Part shown: piece by piece, positions 1-15,420 of the stretch
Numbering within the stretch: the stretch's first letter is position 1
Layout of the letters: each line of letters opens with the position of its first letter
Origin: the human T2T-CHM13v2.0 reference genome, Homo sapiens
Assembly: GCF_009914755.1 (NCBI RefSeq)
Contig: NC_060932.1
Direction: 5' to 3' (one strand)
Length of the DNA: 64,000 nt
The notes under the pieces: generated by a model
Seen by the model: only the letters and a program-made list of their open reading frames with translations
What the model was told of the DNA's origin: nothing
Database searches by the model: none
Made by a program: the position numbers and the translations under genes

Positions 1-1737
1 CCTGTAGAAAGTGAATAAATTCCAAGCAATGGTTTTCTTGTAATAAAATTTTATGTTAATTAAACTGTATATGCATGTGTGTGTGTTGTGTGTGTGTGCG
101 TGTGTTTATAAAAGGATTTAACCAGTTTTCAGTTAACAGGTACCAAAAACTTTTTTTCCAAGGTAATTAGATCTTCATAAGCTGTTGCAAGGAAAAGCTA
201 GCACAAATATATAGTATTGCTTTGGTATTGAGGTGGTCTCATTGGGAAAATGAATAAAGAAATAAATTCATTTTGGAATAATGATACTTTCACATTTTAC
301 AAGGTTCTAGTACAGAAATGATAATGTAACTTCTTAAAGTAATTGGAAATGACCTAAAGTGCTTACACCCTAACAAGGTCAGATGAAAACAAAATTGCAG
401 CTTTTATTTAATATTTCTGGATGTAGTTCATGTGTGCAAACCTCTGATTTTATTTTGACAAAGGTCAATTAGAAGAGGGCTATTGGAGGTGCACTCAATA
501 ATCTGACTCAATCTTCCAGCAATCACAGTCAAACTCTTGTTTTGTTGATTAAAGAAAAAAGAATGAAAAGAATTATTGGCCAGAGCGACCCATAGTTGTT
601 TTTGCTAATGTGAGCTGGACTCCATGAATTGCTCTTCAGACTCTAGTCACAGAACTGTTTTACTTAATTATAGTGCCAAGATATCATTTCTTTAATCTCT
701 CCCCGCTCTAAGAAATCACTGTGTTGTAACAAAGGACAATCCCCAGGCAAGATCAAGTCTATGAAGCAGAGCAAATAATATTAGCATTCTACCATCCGCA
801 GGCATCTCTTCATTTCTCAACAGGACATGTGCCCACACACACTTCGTAACTGGAGCCCTGTAGCTTAACTTGTGTGCTTTTTAATTAAACTGCTTTCTTC
901 AAAATCCTAACTGGATTATAATTCCTAGATTTTTTTCCTTTTGCTAGATTACAAAGAAGAAAATTATTTGCTTTCATTTTTGTCTTAATGCCTAAAATAA
1001 TCTTATTAGTAATCTGATAGATGAGTTTCAGATAAAACGAAGGGCACCCAGATAACCCCACACACACACATATGGCCCTCATGTATTGACTTTTGATTTG
1101 TATCTCCAATTCCCACTGCCCTTGTTACAGAGTTCTTCCTGGAGGCACAAAGAATGAATGTTTAAAAGTACATTGACCCCTAGTCAAAATAAATCCTAGA
1201 AAATGTGCTTTGTCAGGTCCACATGGTTTTCTAACCAAAAATGTCCTGTACTTCCCCACCATGTTATTAACCACACATTATAGCAAAGTTTGTAAATTGT
1301 ATAACTACCTCTGTGAGACTCTAAATTCCAGGACAGAAGGGGCTATGCCTGTCTTATCTCCATTTCCAAAACCTCACACATTTGGGACATAGATGCTGAA
1401 TAAATTATGCCCCAGGATAAATAAGGGTTTTACTAATTTGTATTGAAAGTATAATTCCAAATAAAGGACATATAAATATGTAAATCTATATACAAATAGA
1501 AATATATATGCCACTTTATATATATCATATATAACTTTGGATCACTCTGTCCAAAAATTCTTTCTCATTCTTTTCTCTTTAATCATCAAGGAATGAAGAG
1601 GAAGGTGTGATGTTTTCCTCTGCCTACCATCTTTCATCGGGGAGAAAGGAGATTTCTCTTGCAAGCCTCTTTTATTTTGCCAATTGCATTTGTTAGTGGT
1701 ATTGTTGATGGCAGGGATGGGGAAGGTATCACTGACA

Positions 1738-1870
1738 TAGGGTTGCCAAATTTAGTAAGTAATATAAGATACCAGAATAAATTAGAATTTTACATAAACC
1801 ACAAATAATTTTCAATATGTATGTCCCAAATATTAAATTTGGGCATCCTATATTTCATCTGGCAATACTA
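1738..1870. mobile_element. MER53 palindromic DNA-transposon relic (internally deleted)
   Basis: Inverted termini TAGGGTTGCCAAAT...ATCTGGCAATACTA and a central tatgtcccaaatat...tttggg match the recalled MER53 consensus. Confidence 0.75.
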
Positions 1871-2210
1871 GCTCAAAAGCAGGGTAATTTCCATCCACAT
1901 TTCCCAAGAAGGAAATTTCAAGTTGATTTTAGGATTCCTCAAGTTCCATGAGGTGAATATTGAAGATTTTTTAAAAAAAAAACTTCTCAGAATATTGTAT
2001 TTGATTACGTATGATGATTTCCCAGCTGTTCCAAAGATAAGAAGGCCACTCAGGGACCAGCATCCTCATTCTGTGGGTTGTTGATAGTAGCATAGTTTCC
2101 CAAATATTGACATAAAGGAAGCTCTGTTAATAAAATCTCTCAGGATGGATCAAATTACTTCCTACCCTAAGAGAGGTCTACACCGTCTTAGAGTGTTTTC
2201 ACATAAGGTC

Positions 2211-2588
2211 TGTATTAGTCCATTCTCATGTGGCTATAAAGAACTACCAGAGAGTAGGTAACTTATAAAGGAAAGAGGTTTAATTGACTCACAGTTTCAC
2301 ATTGCTGGCAAGGCCTCAGGAAACTTACAATCATGGCGGAAAGAAAAGGAGAAGCTGGCACCTTCTTCACGGGGTGGCAGGACAGAGTGAGTGCAAGCTG
2401 GGGAAATGCAAGACCCTTATAAAACCATCAGATCTCCTAAGAACTCACTCACTATCATGAGAACAGCATGAGAGAAACTGCCCTCATGATCGGATTACCT
2501 CCACCTGGTCCTGCCCTTGACACATAGGAATTATGCAGATTCTAATTCAAGTTGAGATTTTGGATGGGAACACAGCCAAACCATATCA
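2211..2588 (-). mobile_element. THE1 (THE1C/D-like) MaLR solo LTR
   Basis: Termini tgtattagtccattctc...cacagccaaaccatatca, with a perfect 5-bp TSD AGGTC at 2206-2210 and 2589-2593. Confidence 0.9.
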
Positions 2589-2609
2589 AGGTCATAGAAA
2601 GAATGAGAG

Positions 2610-2760
2610 GTGGCTAGGCTAGTCTTCGCAAAACCTGGACTTCATTCCTGGCTCTACTAATGACATGGTGTGTAGACATGTGCAAGTCATTTCAAGATGC
2701 CCGTGGCTCCAGGTGTTTCATCATTTGGTAGCAGATAACAATTCCAGCCTCTGCTAACTG
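2610..2760 (+). mobile_element. MIR SINE relic
   Basis: Degenerate MIR core (cctggacttcattcctggctctacta...gcaagtcattt...tttcatcattt). Confidence 0.55.
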
Positions 2761-5700
2761 AAAAGAATATTACAAGACTAATATGAAAACTCTGAAAAAA
2801 GAAAAATCTGGTAGAAAAACATTACATCACTAATTTATAAAATACCTATTTCACTGAAGGACTGAAAAGAACATAGAGCCCATATAAATATAAACTCTAT
2901 TTTTCAATAAAATGATGCCTCATTTTCCTGGCATTCTTGGCATTCGGAGAGTGTTTCACATTAAGCCATGGCTTTACAGAAATATTTCTAAATCTTGCAT
3001 CTCTGAGCATACTGAAAAAGTATATTTTTTTCATTTTCTTGATGATTCTAGGGCAACAATAAAATTATTGGTTATTGTGCTGTGCTACACAAGACACGTT
3101 AATAAGAAAGTGAAAGAATGAAAAAATTTTTGTACTTTGGAGAGCTTCAAGAGCTATTGAGATACAGAGAATGACCATTTCACTAAATGGCCCTGGCTGT
3201 GGTGTTTTTACAGTACTCTGTGTCTCTGGCTGCTGTCATCACTCATTAGCTATCACAGGCCATCATTTCTCCTTGCTGCTGTTTCCCATCTTCTCCCTTA
3301 CTTTATATACAATTTTGTTAGGAAAGGCATGCATCCTATTACAAATCAAGAGGAATTTGCCACCCAGAGGCATTTTTACTTCCTTCTGCATTGCCACTTA
3401 CATTCCAGGTAGTTGAGATTGGCAATTTCTTGAGCACTCTGTTATATGTCTTCAAGTAATCCCCAAGTCCTGTGTACATACAATGTATTTAATAAATATT
3501 GATATTTATTTAAAATATCGAATCGTTAATATACCTCCAGATACATTAAGAACTATTGTATTATTTTGCAAATCATATGTCTGTTATCAAAAGTAATGGA
3601 ATTTTATGACTTGCAGCTGGTAAACCATCCCAGGCAGCTGAACTATCATATTTTTTCATGGTGAGCACACCTGAATAAATATCTTGATGTTTCTGAAGTT
3701 GAGATATATGTTACAATAGACACGTGTATTTAATGTGATAATGTTCCTTTGATTTCAGAAAAGTGGCTATTAAAGATGCATTGGAGTGACATCAGCAAGA
3801 TCATTGACTGCCTGATGCTCATCCCTCCCACAAAAAGGGACCAAAACAACATAAACAACTATGTTTTAGCTGAAGTGACAGAGAAAGTAGGCTGAAGAGC
3901 ACCAGGGGCATGGCAAAGTCCCTGCGGAGCACAGAAACCCAGGATAGCACCACAGAGAAGGTAGCAAGGCATCCCGTCTCTGCCACAATATCTCCCCCAC
4001 CAAGATCTGCTAAGAGCCATGAGAGACTTCCTTTTATGGGAAAAGGTTAAGATGGACATCCCATTGGTCTCCATTACCACCACAGACACCTGCACCCCTT
4101 GCTAAGGGAGAGACGGTCACAGGCCCCAAATCCAGTCTGTAGAGTGTCTGTAGAGTTGCCTGGAGATAATGAGACAGTATTGCTCCAGAGTAGAAGCCCA
4201 TATTATACACTACCCCACCCCTGTGGCCTAAGCTCCTACAGCACACTACCATCTTGAAGCTGGGCCTACTGCTAGAGTGCATCTTGCCCTGGGGATCAGT
4301 GGGCAACTGCCTCTCTCTGTTCCTAAGGCCCCACCATCATTCCACCACACTCACGTGGCTGCAGCACTGTGATCTTGACTGCCTGAAGCCTAGGCCCAGT
4401 GGAATGGTCCAGACAGCAGCACTGAAACCCGTGTGGCACCCACCCCCCAGAGAACCAGTGAACCTGCGCAGTGGGGAAGCTGACACACAGCTGGCCAGTC
4501 AGTCATGCTCACACATGCCTGTGCCAAACCTGATAGCCACTATAGGTGTGGCCCTTCCTTCTGGAGAGCCAGCTGCACAGCTCTCTGGCCCACCATGCCT
4601 ACATATGCCCTACAGAGACCCCATCACACAGGTGGCCAGCCCACTATCCCCACATGTGCCCAGCCTAACAGCCAGCCCAGCGCCTCTGCCCCTAGCAAAA
4701 CCATATCACCACCATCACAAACTCCTGAAATCTAGGCCACTGATGCAATTGCAGAGTAACTGATGAAAATTACAGCTAAAAACACTGAACAGAGGCCACA
4801 TTATTGAGTCAATCCAGGACTGAAGCCAATGGACAGTTCCCAACTGACACTCTAGAATTCCTCTACAAGAAAAGGTATGAGAGCTACTCCATAAAATCTG
4901 AGGAGGTAGCTTTTCCACCAGATGTCAAGATATCAACATAGGAACATAAAAAACATGAAAAAGAAAGGATATATGACCACCTCCAAAAGAACACAATAAT
5001 TCTCCAGTAATAGACCTCAAAGAAAATGAAATACAAAATGCCAAAAAGTGAATCTAAAATAATCTTAAAGAAACTCAGTGAGATACAAGAAAATTCAGAA
5101 AAACTATGCAACGAAATCAGGAAAACAATTCAGGATCTGAATGAAAAGTTCAACAGAGGTAAATATTGTAAAAAATGATCAAACAAATTTTGGAGTTGAG
5201 GAATTCAATAATTAAAGTGCAAAATACAAAATACAATTGAGAGCTTCACCAAGAAACTCCATAAAGTAGAAGAAATAATTTCTGAACTTGAAGACAGATC
5301 TTTTGAAATAACTTAGTCAGAGAAGAAATTAAGAAATAAGAAAAAAAAATAAAGAAAGCCTATGGAATTTATGTGATGCTATTAAGTGAACAAAAATCTG
5401 TGTTATAGGAATGTCAGCAGGAGAAGAGAGAGAGGAAAGCTTAGAAAACCTATTTAACAAAATAATAGATGAAAACTTCCCAAATCTTGAGAGAAATATG
5501 GAAATCCAGATCCAGAAAGCTCAAAATTTTCCAATTAGATTCAACCCAAAAAGTTCTTCTCTGAAGCACATTATAATCAAACTGTCAAAGACAAAGAGAG
5601 AATTCCAATAGTTAAAAGAGAAAAACTTCAAGTCATATATAAGGGAATCTCCATTAGACTATTAAGAGATTTCTTAACAGAAACTTTGCAGGCCAGGAGA

Positions 5701-7293
5701 GAATGTGATAATGTAGTCAAACGGACAGGGTTGGGGTGGGGTGGCGGGGGAGGGCAGGGAACCTGTCTGCCAAGAATACTATATCCAGCAAAACTGTACT
5801 TCAAAAATAAAGGAGAAATAAAGACCTTTCCAGACGAGCAAAAGCTGAAGGGATTTATCACCACTAGACTGGCCTTGCCAGAAGTGATTAAGGGAATGCT
5901 ACAACTGTAAGCAAAAAGACAGTAATTACTATCATGAAAACACATGAAAGTATAAAACTCACCAGTAGAGGTAAATTAATAATCAAACTCAGAATAGCCC
6001 AGTGCTGTAATGGTGCTATGTAAATCTTTCAGTTCTCTAACATAAAGGTTAAAAGTATAAAACAATAGCAGCTTCACTTACAGGCTAAGGAACACACAAT
6101 AGATAAAGATATCAATTAAGTCAACAAACATACAAATTGTGGGGAAGAGAGAAGTCTAGAGTATTTTTAATCAACAAAGTTAAGCTGTTATCAGCTTAAA
6201 AAGGTCTATTATAACTAAAGACTCTATGTGTTAGTCCTACAGTAACCACAAAGAAGGAGATTATAACAGATATACAAACAAGAAAAAGAAAGGAATCAAA
6301 GCTTAACACCACAGAAAACCACTAAACCACAGGGTTAAACAGCAAGAGAGTAAGAAAGGGACAAAGGATCCACAAAACATTCAGAAAACAATAGTAAAAT
6401 GGCAGACATAAGTCCTTACCTATAAATAATAACTGTGGATGTAATGGATTAAAGTCTCCAATTAACAGATGTCAAAAACAAGATATAACTAATGCTGCCT
6501 ACAAGAGAATCACTTTATCATTAAAGACAACATAGACTGAAAGTGACAAGATAAAAAAAGACACTTTATGCAAACAGAAACCAAAAGTGAGCAGCAGTAG
6601 CCATATTAATATACATCAGAAAAAATAGACTTTAAGACAAAAACTGTACAAAAAAGACAAAAAGGTTACTATATAATAATAAAGAGATTAAGCAAACAAG
6701 AAGATATAACAAAAATGGATATGTACTCCAATAACAGAGCACCCAATATATAAAGCAAATATTTTTAGATCTATAGGGAGAGGCAGACTGCAATACAATA
6801 ATATTAGAGAATTTCAATACCCCACTTTCAATGATACACACATCATCTAGACAGAAAATCTGCAAAGAAACACTAGACTCAAATTACACTATACAGCAAA
6901 TGAACCTAAAAGACAATACAGAACATTCTATCCAAGAGCTACAGAACACACATTCTCCTCAACTGCACATGGGACATTCCCCAGAACAGATCATATATTA
7001 GGCCCCAAAATAAGTGTTAACAAATTTAAGAAAGCTGAGATCATATCAGATATCTTTTCTGACCACAATGGTATAAAACTAGAAATCAACAAGAAGAAAA
7101 ATTTCAGAAACTACAAATACATGAAAATTAAACAGCATGCTCCTAAATAACCAATGAGTAAATAATACAGAAATTAAAAGAGAAGTTTTTAAATGCTTGA
7201 GACAAATGAGAATGGAAACACATCATATTAAAACCCATGAAACATAGGAAAAGCAGTTGTAGCAGGAAAGTTTATAGCAATAAATGCCTATAA

Positions 7294-7629
<336 letters not shown>

Positions 7630-8690
7630 TAGAAGAAAGATTTCTAATAAACAATCTAATGATGCACCTCAAGTAACTAGAAAAACAAGAAGAAACGAAA
7701 TCCAAAATTGGTAGAAGAAAGGAAATAATAAAGCTCACAGCAGAAATAAATAAAATAAAGACTAGAAAAGCAACTCAAAGAATAAACAAAAGAGTGTGTT
7801 TTTAAAAAACATAAACAAAATCAATAAGCCTTCAGGTAGACAAACTAAGAAAAAAGAGAAGACTCAAATAAATAAAATCATAGATGGAAAAGTAGACATT
7901 ACAACTGATACCACAGAAAAACAAGAGATCATAAAAAACAATTAGGAGAAACTACATGCCAAGAAATTTGACAATCCAGAAAAAAAGGGGTCAATTTTTG
8001 GACACAGATAACCTACAAAGATTAAATTATTAAAAAATAGAAAACCTGAACAAACCAATAAGGGGTAAGAAAATTGAATCAATAATAATGTCTTCCATCA
8101 AAGAAAACCCCAAGACCTAGGGATTTCACTACTAAATTCTACCAAACATTTAAAGAAAAATAAATACCAATTCTTCTCAAACTATTCCAGAAAATTGTAG
8201 AGGAGGGTATATGTCCGAACTTATTTTACAAGGCCAGAATTACCCTGATGCTAAAACTGGACAAGGACATAAGAGAAAAAAAATACAGGCCAATATCCCC
8301 AATGAACATAGATTCAGAAATCCTCAACAAAATACTAGCAAACCAAATTGAACAGCACATTAAAAAGATCATTCGCTATGATTAAGCAGATTCATCCCAG
8401 GGATGCAAGGATGGCTCAACGTACAAAATCAATAAATGTTATACACCACACTAACAAAAAGAAAGACAAAAACTATATGATCATTTCAATAAATGCAGAA
8501 AAACATTTGAAAGATGTCAACATCTCTTTATGATAAAAACTCTCAACAAATTAGATATAGAAGCTACGTGCCTTTACACATAAAGGCTATATATAACCCA
8601 TCCAGAACCAACATCATTCTGAATGGGTAAAGCTGAAAGCTTTTTCCTCAAAGATCAGGAACAAGACAAGGATGTTCACTTTCACTACTT

Positions 8691-9866
8691 TTTTTTATTT
8701 TTATTTTTAGTTCTGGGATACATGGGCAGGATGTGCAGGTTTGTAATATAGGTGACATGTGCCGTAGTGGTTTGCTGCACCTATCAACCAATCACCTAGG
8801 TATTAAGCCTAGCATGCATTATCTATTTTTCCTTATACTCTCCCTCCCCTCACTCCACAGGCCCCAGTGTGTGCTGTTCCCCTCCCTCTGTCCATGTGTT
8901 CTCATTGTTCAGCTCCCACTTACAAGTGAGAACATGCAGTGTTTGGTTTCTGTTCTTGCATTAGTTTGCTGAGGATAATGGCCTCCAGCTCCATCCATGT
9001 CCCTGCAAAGGACATGATCTCATGCCTTTTTATGGCTGTATAGTATTCCATGGTGTATATGTACCACATTTTCTTTATCCAGTCTGTCATTGATGGACAT
9101 TGGAGTTGATTCCATGTCCTTGCTATTGCAAATAGTGCTGCAATGAACATATGCTTGCATGTATCTTTGTAATAGAATGATTTATATTCATTTGGATATA
9201 TACCCAGTAATAAGATTGCTGGGTCAAATAGTATTTCTGGTTCTAGATCTTTGAGGAATTTCCACACCATCTTCCACAATGGTTGAACTAATTTACATTC
9301 CCACCAACAGTGTAAAAATATTCCTATTTCTTCACAACCTCGCCAGCATCTGTTTCTTGACTTTTTAGTAATGGCCATTCTCACTGGCGTGAGATGGTAT
9401 TTCATTGTGGTTTTGATTTGCATTTCTCTAATAATCAGTAATGTTGAGCTATTTTCCATATGTTTGTTGGCTGCATGAGTGTCTTCTTTTGAGAAGTGTC
9501 TGTTCATGTCTTTTGCTCACTTTTTAATGGGGTTATTTAATGGGGTTATTTTGTTCACTTTGTAGATTTGTTTGGGTTCCTTGTAGATTCTGGATATTAC
9601 ACCTTTGTTGGATGGATAGATTGCAAAGATTTTCTCCTACTCTGTAGCTTGCCTGTTCATTCTGATGATAGTTTCTTTTGTTGTGCAGAAGCTCTTTAGT
9701 TTAATTAGATCCCATTTTTCAATTTTTGCCTTTGTTGCAAAGGCAAAATCTTTGCCCATGCCTATGTCTCAAATGATATTGCCTGAATTTTCTTCTAGGT
9801 TTTTTATAGCTTGGGGTTCTACATTTAAGTCTTTAATTGATCTTAAGTTAGTTTTTGTCTAAGGTG
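8691..9866 (-). mobile_element. 5'-truncated L1PA (about L1PA7-10) inserted antisense in the old L1 ORF2
   Basis: ORF2 C-terminal peptide (ORF 8920..9507), L1PA 3'UTR and T tail. 14-bp TSD CACTTTCAC(T/C)ACTT at 8677-8690 and 9867-9880. Confidence 0.92.
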
Positions 9867-11239
9867 CACTTTCACCACTTCTATTCAACACAGTACTTGA
9901 AATTCTAGCCAGAGTAATTAAGAGAAAAAAAAAGGCATCCAAATAGGAAAGGAGAAAGTCAAATTTTCTGTTAACAGATGAAATGATCTTATATGTAGAA
10001 AACCCAAAGACACTACCAAAGTACTGTTAGAACCAAGAAACAAATTTAGTAAAGTTGCAGGATACACAATCAATATGAACAGTCAATAGTGTTTCTACAT
10101 GCTAATAATAAACTATTTGAAAACAAGTCAAGAAAAAATATCATGTACTGCAAAAAAGATAATTAGGAATAACCTTAACCTAGGAGGTGAAAAAAATCTC
10201 TACACTGAGAACTATAAAACGTTGATGAAAGAAATTGAAGAGGATACAAATAAATTAAAAGATATCCTGTTTTCATGGATTGGAAGAATTAATAATGTTA
10301 AAATGTCCATACTACCCAAAGTGATCCACAGATTTAATGCAATCCCCATCAAAATACCAATGATATTCTTCACCAAAATTAGAAAAAAAAAATTCCAAAA
10401 TTTATACAGAACCATAAAAGACCCCAAATAGCCAAATAAGTCCTGAGGGGTTGTAGGGAGGGGGAACAAAGCTAGAAGTATCACACTACTAGACTTCAAA
10501 ATATATTACAAGGCTATAGTAACAAAACAGCATGGTATAGGCATAAAAACAGACATGGAGTGATGGAACAGAATAAAGAGACTAGAAATAAATTCACACA
10601 CACAATGTTAACTGACTTTCGACAAAGGTGCTAAGAACACGCAGTAGGGAAAAGACAGTCTCTTCAACAAATTGGTCTGGGAAAATTAAATATTCACATG
10701 AAGAAAAATTAGACTAGACAGTGGTGACCTCTCACCACATACAAAAACCAATTCAAAATAGATTAAAAACTGAAACGTAAAGCCTGAAATTACAAAACTA
10801 CTAGAAGTAAATGTAGGGAAAAGGCTTCATGACATTGGACTCAGCAAGAATTTTTTAAATAAGACCTCAAAGCACAGGCAACCAAAGCAAAAATAGACAA
10901 ATAGGCTTATATCAAACTAAAAAGCTTTTGCACAGCAACAGAAACAAGAGAGTGAAAAAACAATCTACAGAATGGGAGAAAATATTTGCAAACTATACAT
11001 CTGACAGGGACTAATAATATTCAGACTATATAAGAAACTAAATTCAATAGCAAAAACTCCAAATTTAAAAATGGGCAAAAGACTTCAACAGATGTTTCTC
11101 AAAAGAAAGCATACAAATGGCCAACAGGTATGCAACAAAATGATCAATATCACTGATCATCAGGGAAATACAAATCAAAACTACAGTGAGATGCTTCTTC
11201 ACTCTAGTTAGAGTGGTTATTAACCAAAAAGACAAAAGA

Positions 11240-11537
11240 GACTAGGCATGGTGACTCATGCCTGTAACCCCATCACTTTTGGAGACTGAGGCATGAGGAT
11301 CACTTGAGGTCAGAAGTTTGAGACCAGCCTAGGCAGCATGGCAAGACCCCCATCTCTACAAAACATTTTTAAAAACTAGCCAGGTGTGGTGGGGTGCACC
11401 TGCAGTCCAAGCTGCTTTTGAGGCTGAGGAAGAGGATTGCTTAAGCCCAGGAGTTTAATTGCAGTGAGCCATGATCATGTCACACACTCCAGCCTGGGTG
11501 ACAGAGTAAGACCCAGTCTCAAAAAAAAAAAAAAAAA
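11240..11537 (+). mobile_element. AluJ inside the old L1
   Basis: Diverged dimeric Alu with J-type gaggatcacttgagg and aggattgcttaagcccagg, a poly(A) tail, and an aaagacaaa(a)ga duplication. Confidence 0.9.
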
Positions 11538-12439
11538 CAAAGACAAAGAAAACAAATGTTGATGAGGATATGAATAAAAGGGAACACTTACACATTGTTG
11601 GTGGGAATGTAAAATAATACAGCCATTATTAAAAACATGGAGGTTTCTCAAATAGTTAAAAATAAAACTACTATCTGATTCAGCAATCCCACTACCGGGG
11701 ATATATCTAACAGAAATGAAATCAATATGTCAAAGAAATATCCACACTCCCATGTTTCTTGCAGCATTATTCAAAATAGCCAAGATATGGAATCAAACTA
11801 AGTGTCTAATGATGGATGAATGAAGAAAGAAAATTTGATATATATACACAATCGAATACTATTGTGCCATAAAAATGAATAAAATCTTGTCATTTGCAAC
11901 ACGGGTGAGCCTATAGGACGTTACGTGAAGTGAAAGAAATCAGATGCAGAAAAATACCACATGATCTCACCCATATGTGGAATCTAAAAAATAGTTAATC
12001 TCATAAAAGTAGATAATAGAACAGTGATTACCAGAGATTTTAGAGAGGAGGAAAGGAGGAGGTTCATCAACAGTTACAAAGTTACAATCAGGTTAGGAGG
12101 AATAAGTTCTGTTGTTCTATTGCACAGTAGGGTGACTATGGTTTAACATTCAGGCTTTGCAAAATAGCTAGAAGAGAGGTTTTTGAATGTTCTCATCACA
12201 AAGAAATGATAAATACATGAGGTGATAGATATACTAACTACCCTGATTTGATTATCATATAATATATGCATTATCAAAACATCAAATTGTACCCCATAAG
12301 TAGGTATAATCACAATCTCTGTTTAAAAAAAATGCCTCTTCAATTGATGAATTATTAAATGAAATAAGTAGGAACTTTCTATAGCTATTCCTCACAAAAT
12401 TCAAAAAGGCTGAGAGTAGACACTGTGAGAAAAGAAGCA

Positions 12440-13560
12440 GTATTACAGATCTTACTAATATAGACTTTAATCATCATACTATCTTACCCCCAGGCCATTA
12501 TCTCCTCCCACACTCCAAAAGTAAGTATAACATAGGTGTATAGCCATTTATTCCATTTATCCATTTTGGTATATAGTTTTCCATTTCATAGATATAATTT
12601 AAAATATCTGTTAATATACTGCATGTGTTTTTATATTATAGAATATAACAATATTTTTGTGTAATTTGCTTGTATGACTCCATATTATGTTTTAAGAACT
12701 ATCCAATACATGCAGGAACAGTTACATAGTGATATATGACACAACAGTTTATCTCTTTTAACTGTGGTATGATCTTATTACAACTTATCATATAATTTAT
12801 TCCTTCCTTTATTGATGACTATTTAGTTTGTTTGCAAATTTTTGTTGTCGTAAACAATCTTAAGTGAATATGCTTGTTCACGTGTCTTGTGTTTTTGTGC
12901 CAGAAAATCTCACAGTACTGTGCTGGACCTGACTCTGATGACTCTTGAGAACCAATGGTGCAGATCTCTTTCTTATCTGGCTTCAGTGACATTATATAAC
13001 TAGAATATGACCACGATGGGAGCATTTCCACAGTAGAAAAGGGCAAACCTACAAATTAAGTACCCCCTAACCCTGCACTGGAAAATTCAGCTGTTACACA
13101 TTTACCCACACACACTGGGTGTATATTGCCTGAAATAGAATTGCTACTATTAGAGTGTGATCATTTTCATTTTTCTGGATGCCTCCAAATTTGCTGTACC
13201 ACCGTCTACTCCCACTCAACAGTATATGAAAGCAGTGCCTCTAAAACATCTTTAGGCCTTTAAAAGGCTTGATATTGCCAAACATATTAATTTATGCCTA
13301 TATATGAGAGAGATAAAAAGTGGCATCTCATCAGTGGTTCATTTGCATTTTCCCACTAGCCAGTGAAGTTAAGCATGTTTTCATTTGCATAGTAAACTTT
13401 TGAATTTCCTTGCCTTCAAATTGTGTTGTTCATTTTTAAATCAGCCAGTCTTTTTTCTTGAATTGTAGGAGTTCTTTACATAGTCTGGAAAATTAGTCTT
13501 TGTTTGGTATGCAATTTACAAATATCTTTTGTCAATCTGTTGCTTGTCTTTTAACCTTGC
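12440..13560 (-). mobile_element. Ancient L1M(E/C) fragments, interrupted at ~12913-13117 by a short MER63-like hAT element
   Basis: Degenerate antisense L1 3' motifs (tggcatctcatcagtggttcatttgcattttccc). The insert ends in ...acatttacccacacacactg, resembling the MER63 terminus. Confidence 0.5.
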
Positions 13561-14935
13561 TCGTGGTGTTTGCCATGTACTAACCGTGTGACCTTAAGAA
13601 AGTCACTTAACATCTATGAATCTCATATTTTTCATCTGTAAAACTGGAATAATGGTAACCACCACGTTGGCTTGCTGGAAATAAATGAATTGATACACGT
13701 AAACCAGTGCCTAGTAATTACTATTATTAATTATCACTTCACTGCTCTACAGAAGTTTTTGGTTTTGACATAGTTTTTGTTTGTTTGTTTGTTTCTCTAT
13801 GGTTGTTTAAGCATTTTTCAAATCCAAGAGGTGAAGGAATAGACTATTCTATCTTCTTGTAGTTTTAGAATTTTTCAGATTTAGATCATTTACACATTTT
13901 ACACTGCTTTTTCCTTCCATTTATCCTGAGCACCTAGCCGGAACTTCTGAAGCCAGTAGGTGCTCAATAAATGCTTACAGAAGGAGGAATGGTAGGGAGA
14001 AGGGATTAGCACTAATTTCCCAGAAGTGGTTCTGCTGAGAAACTCAACGGGGAGAGAGACAAACAGAGAGCTAGTGGGATAAATCGCTATGAACTACACT
14101 TATGACCTGCTAAAATGGAAATCCCTTACTCTCTTGTCATACTTATGTCAAGTCTTACAAAAGATTAATAATTGATGACTCCCAAAACAAGCAAGAGCAG
14201 GTGATATCTTCCTTGCAATGTTTTATACACAGTAATGAACTCTTGTTTTATTTCCATCCCACACAGTATCTGTGTAGTTCTTAGACTTTAAACTATCTCC
14301 CCCTGAAACATATTTTTTTCCCACAAATTCTTGGGATTCTTAGGGGAAATCCAATTAGAATTTAGAGTTGAAAAGTAGGATAGGAGGACACACAAATGAG
14401 CCTCAGGCCTCTGCTTTTCCCATTCCCGAACCAGATCTCTACCTGAAGGTCCATGGTCTATGTGGGTGAGCCAAAGAACTAGCACACAAAATCCTCACAT
14501 CTAGTAGCATCTATTCCAAGTAGAATCTGTAGACTGAAGAGATAATAGTACCATTACTAGCAGTCAGGGTGTCCTCATACTTAAGAAGTTTGGGGACCCC
14601 CAAACTGCATGATAGACAACAACAAAAAATGGATTTCCAAACATTTACCTAGAAGCCAAACTTTCAAATTCATGACAAGCTGGAACACCAAAAATTGATT
14701 TTGGCTTATTGACCTCTTCTATTTGCCTTTAGTCCACTCATCAATGAATTGTTATTGCAATGTTAAACTCCTTGAGATTAGAAATTTTTATTAGTTTTCT
14801 AATAAAATTTATTTTCTCTATTCCTTTTTCCTGTTGTCATACATGATGCAATACATGTTTCTAATGTTCAGTCTACCACATTGTTCCAAACTAACATGAC
14901 CTGACTTATAGGTCATTTAGGACCTGACTTAACTA

Positions 14936-15384
<449 letters not shown>

Positions 15385-15420
15385 TCATCTCACTAGGGAG
15401 TGCCAGACAGTGGGTGCAGG

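Noticed and set aside
440-620. AGGTCA half-site and AP-1 TGACTCA (504-510) as an enhancer
   Set aside because: Short motifs expected by chance at this window size, with no other sequence support.
4254-4763. 169-aa proline/histidine-rich ORF
   Set aside because: It lies in the GC-rich 5'UTR of the old L1, has a non-ATG start and shows no recognisable domain.
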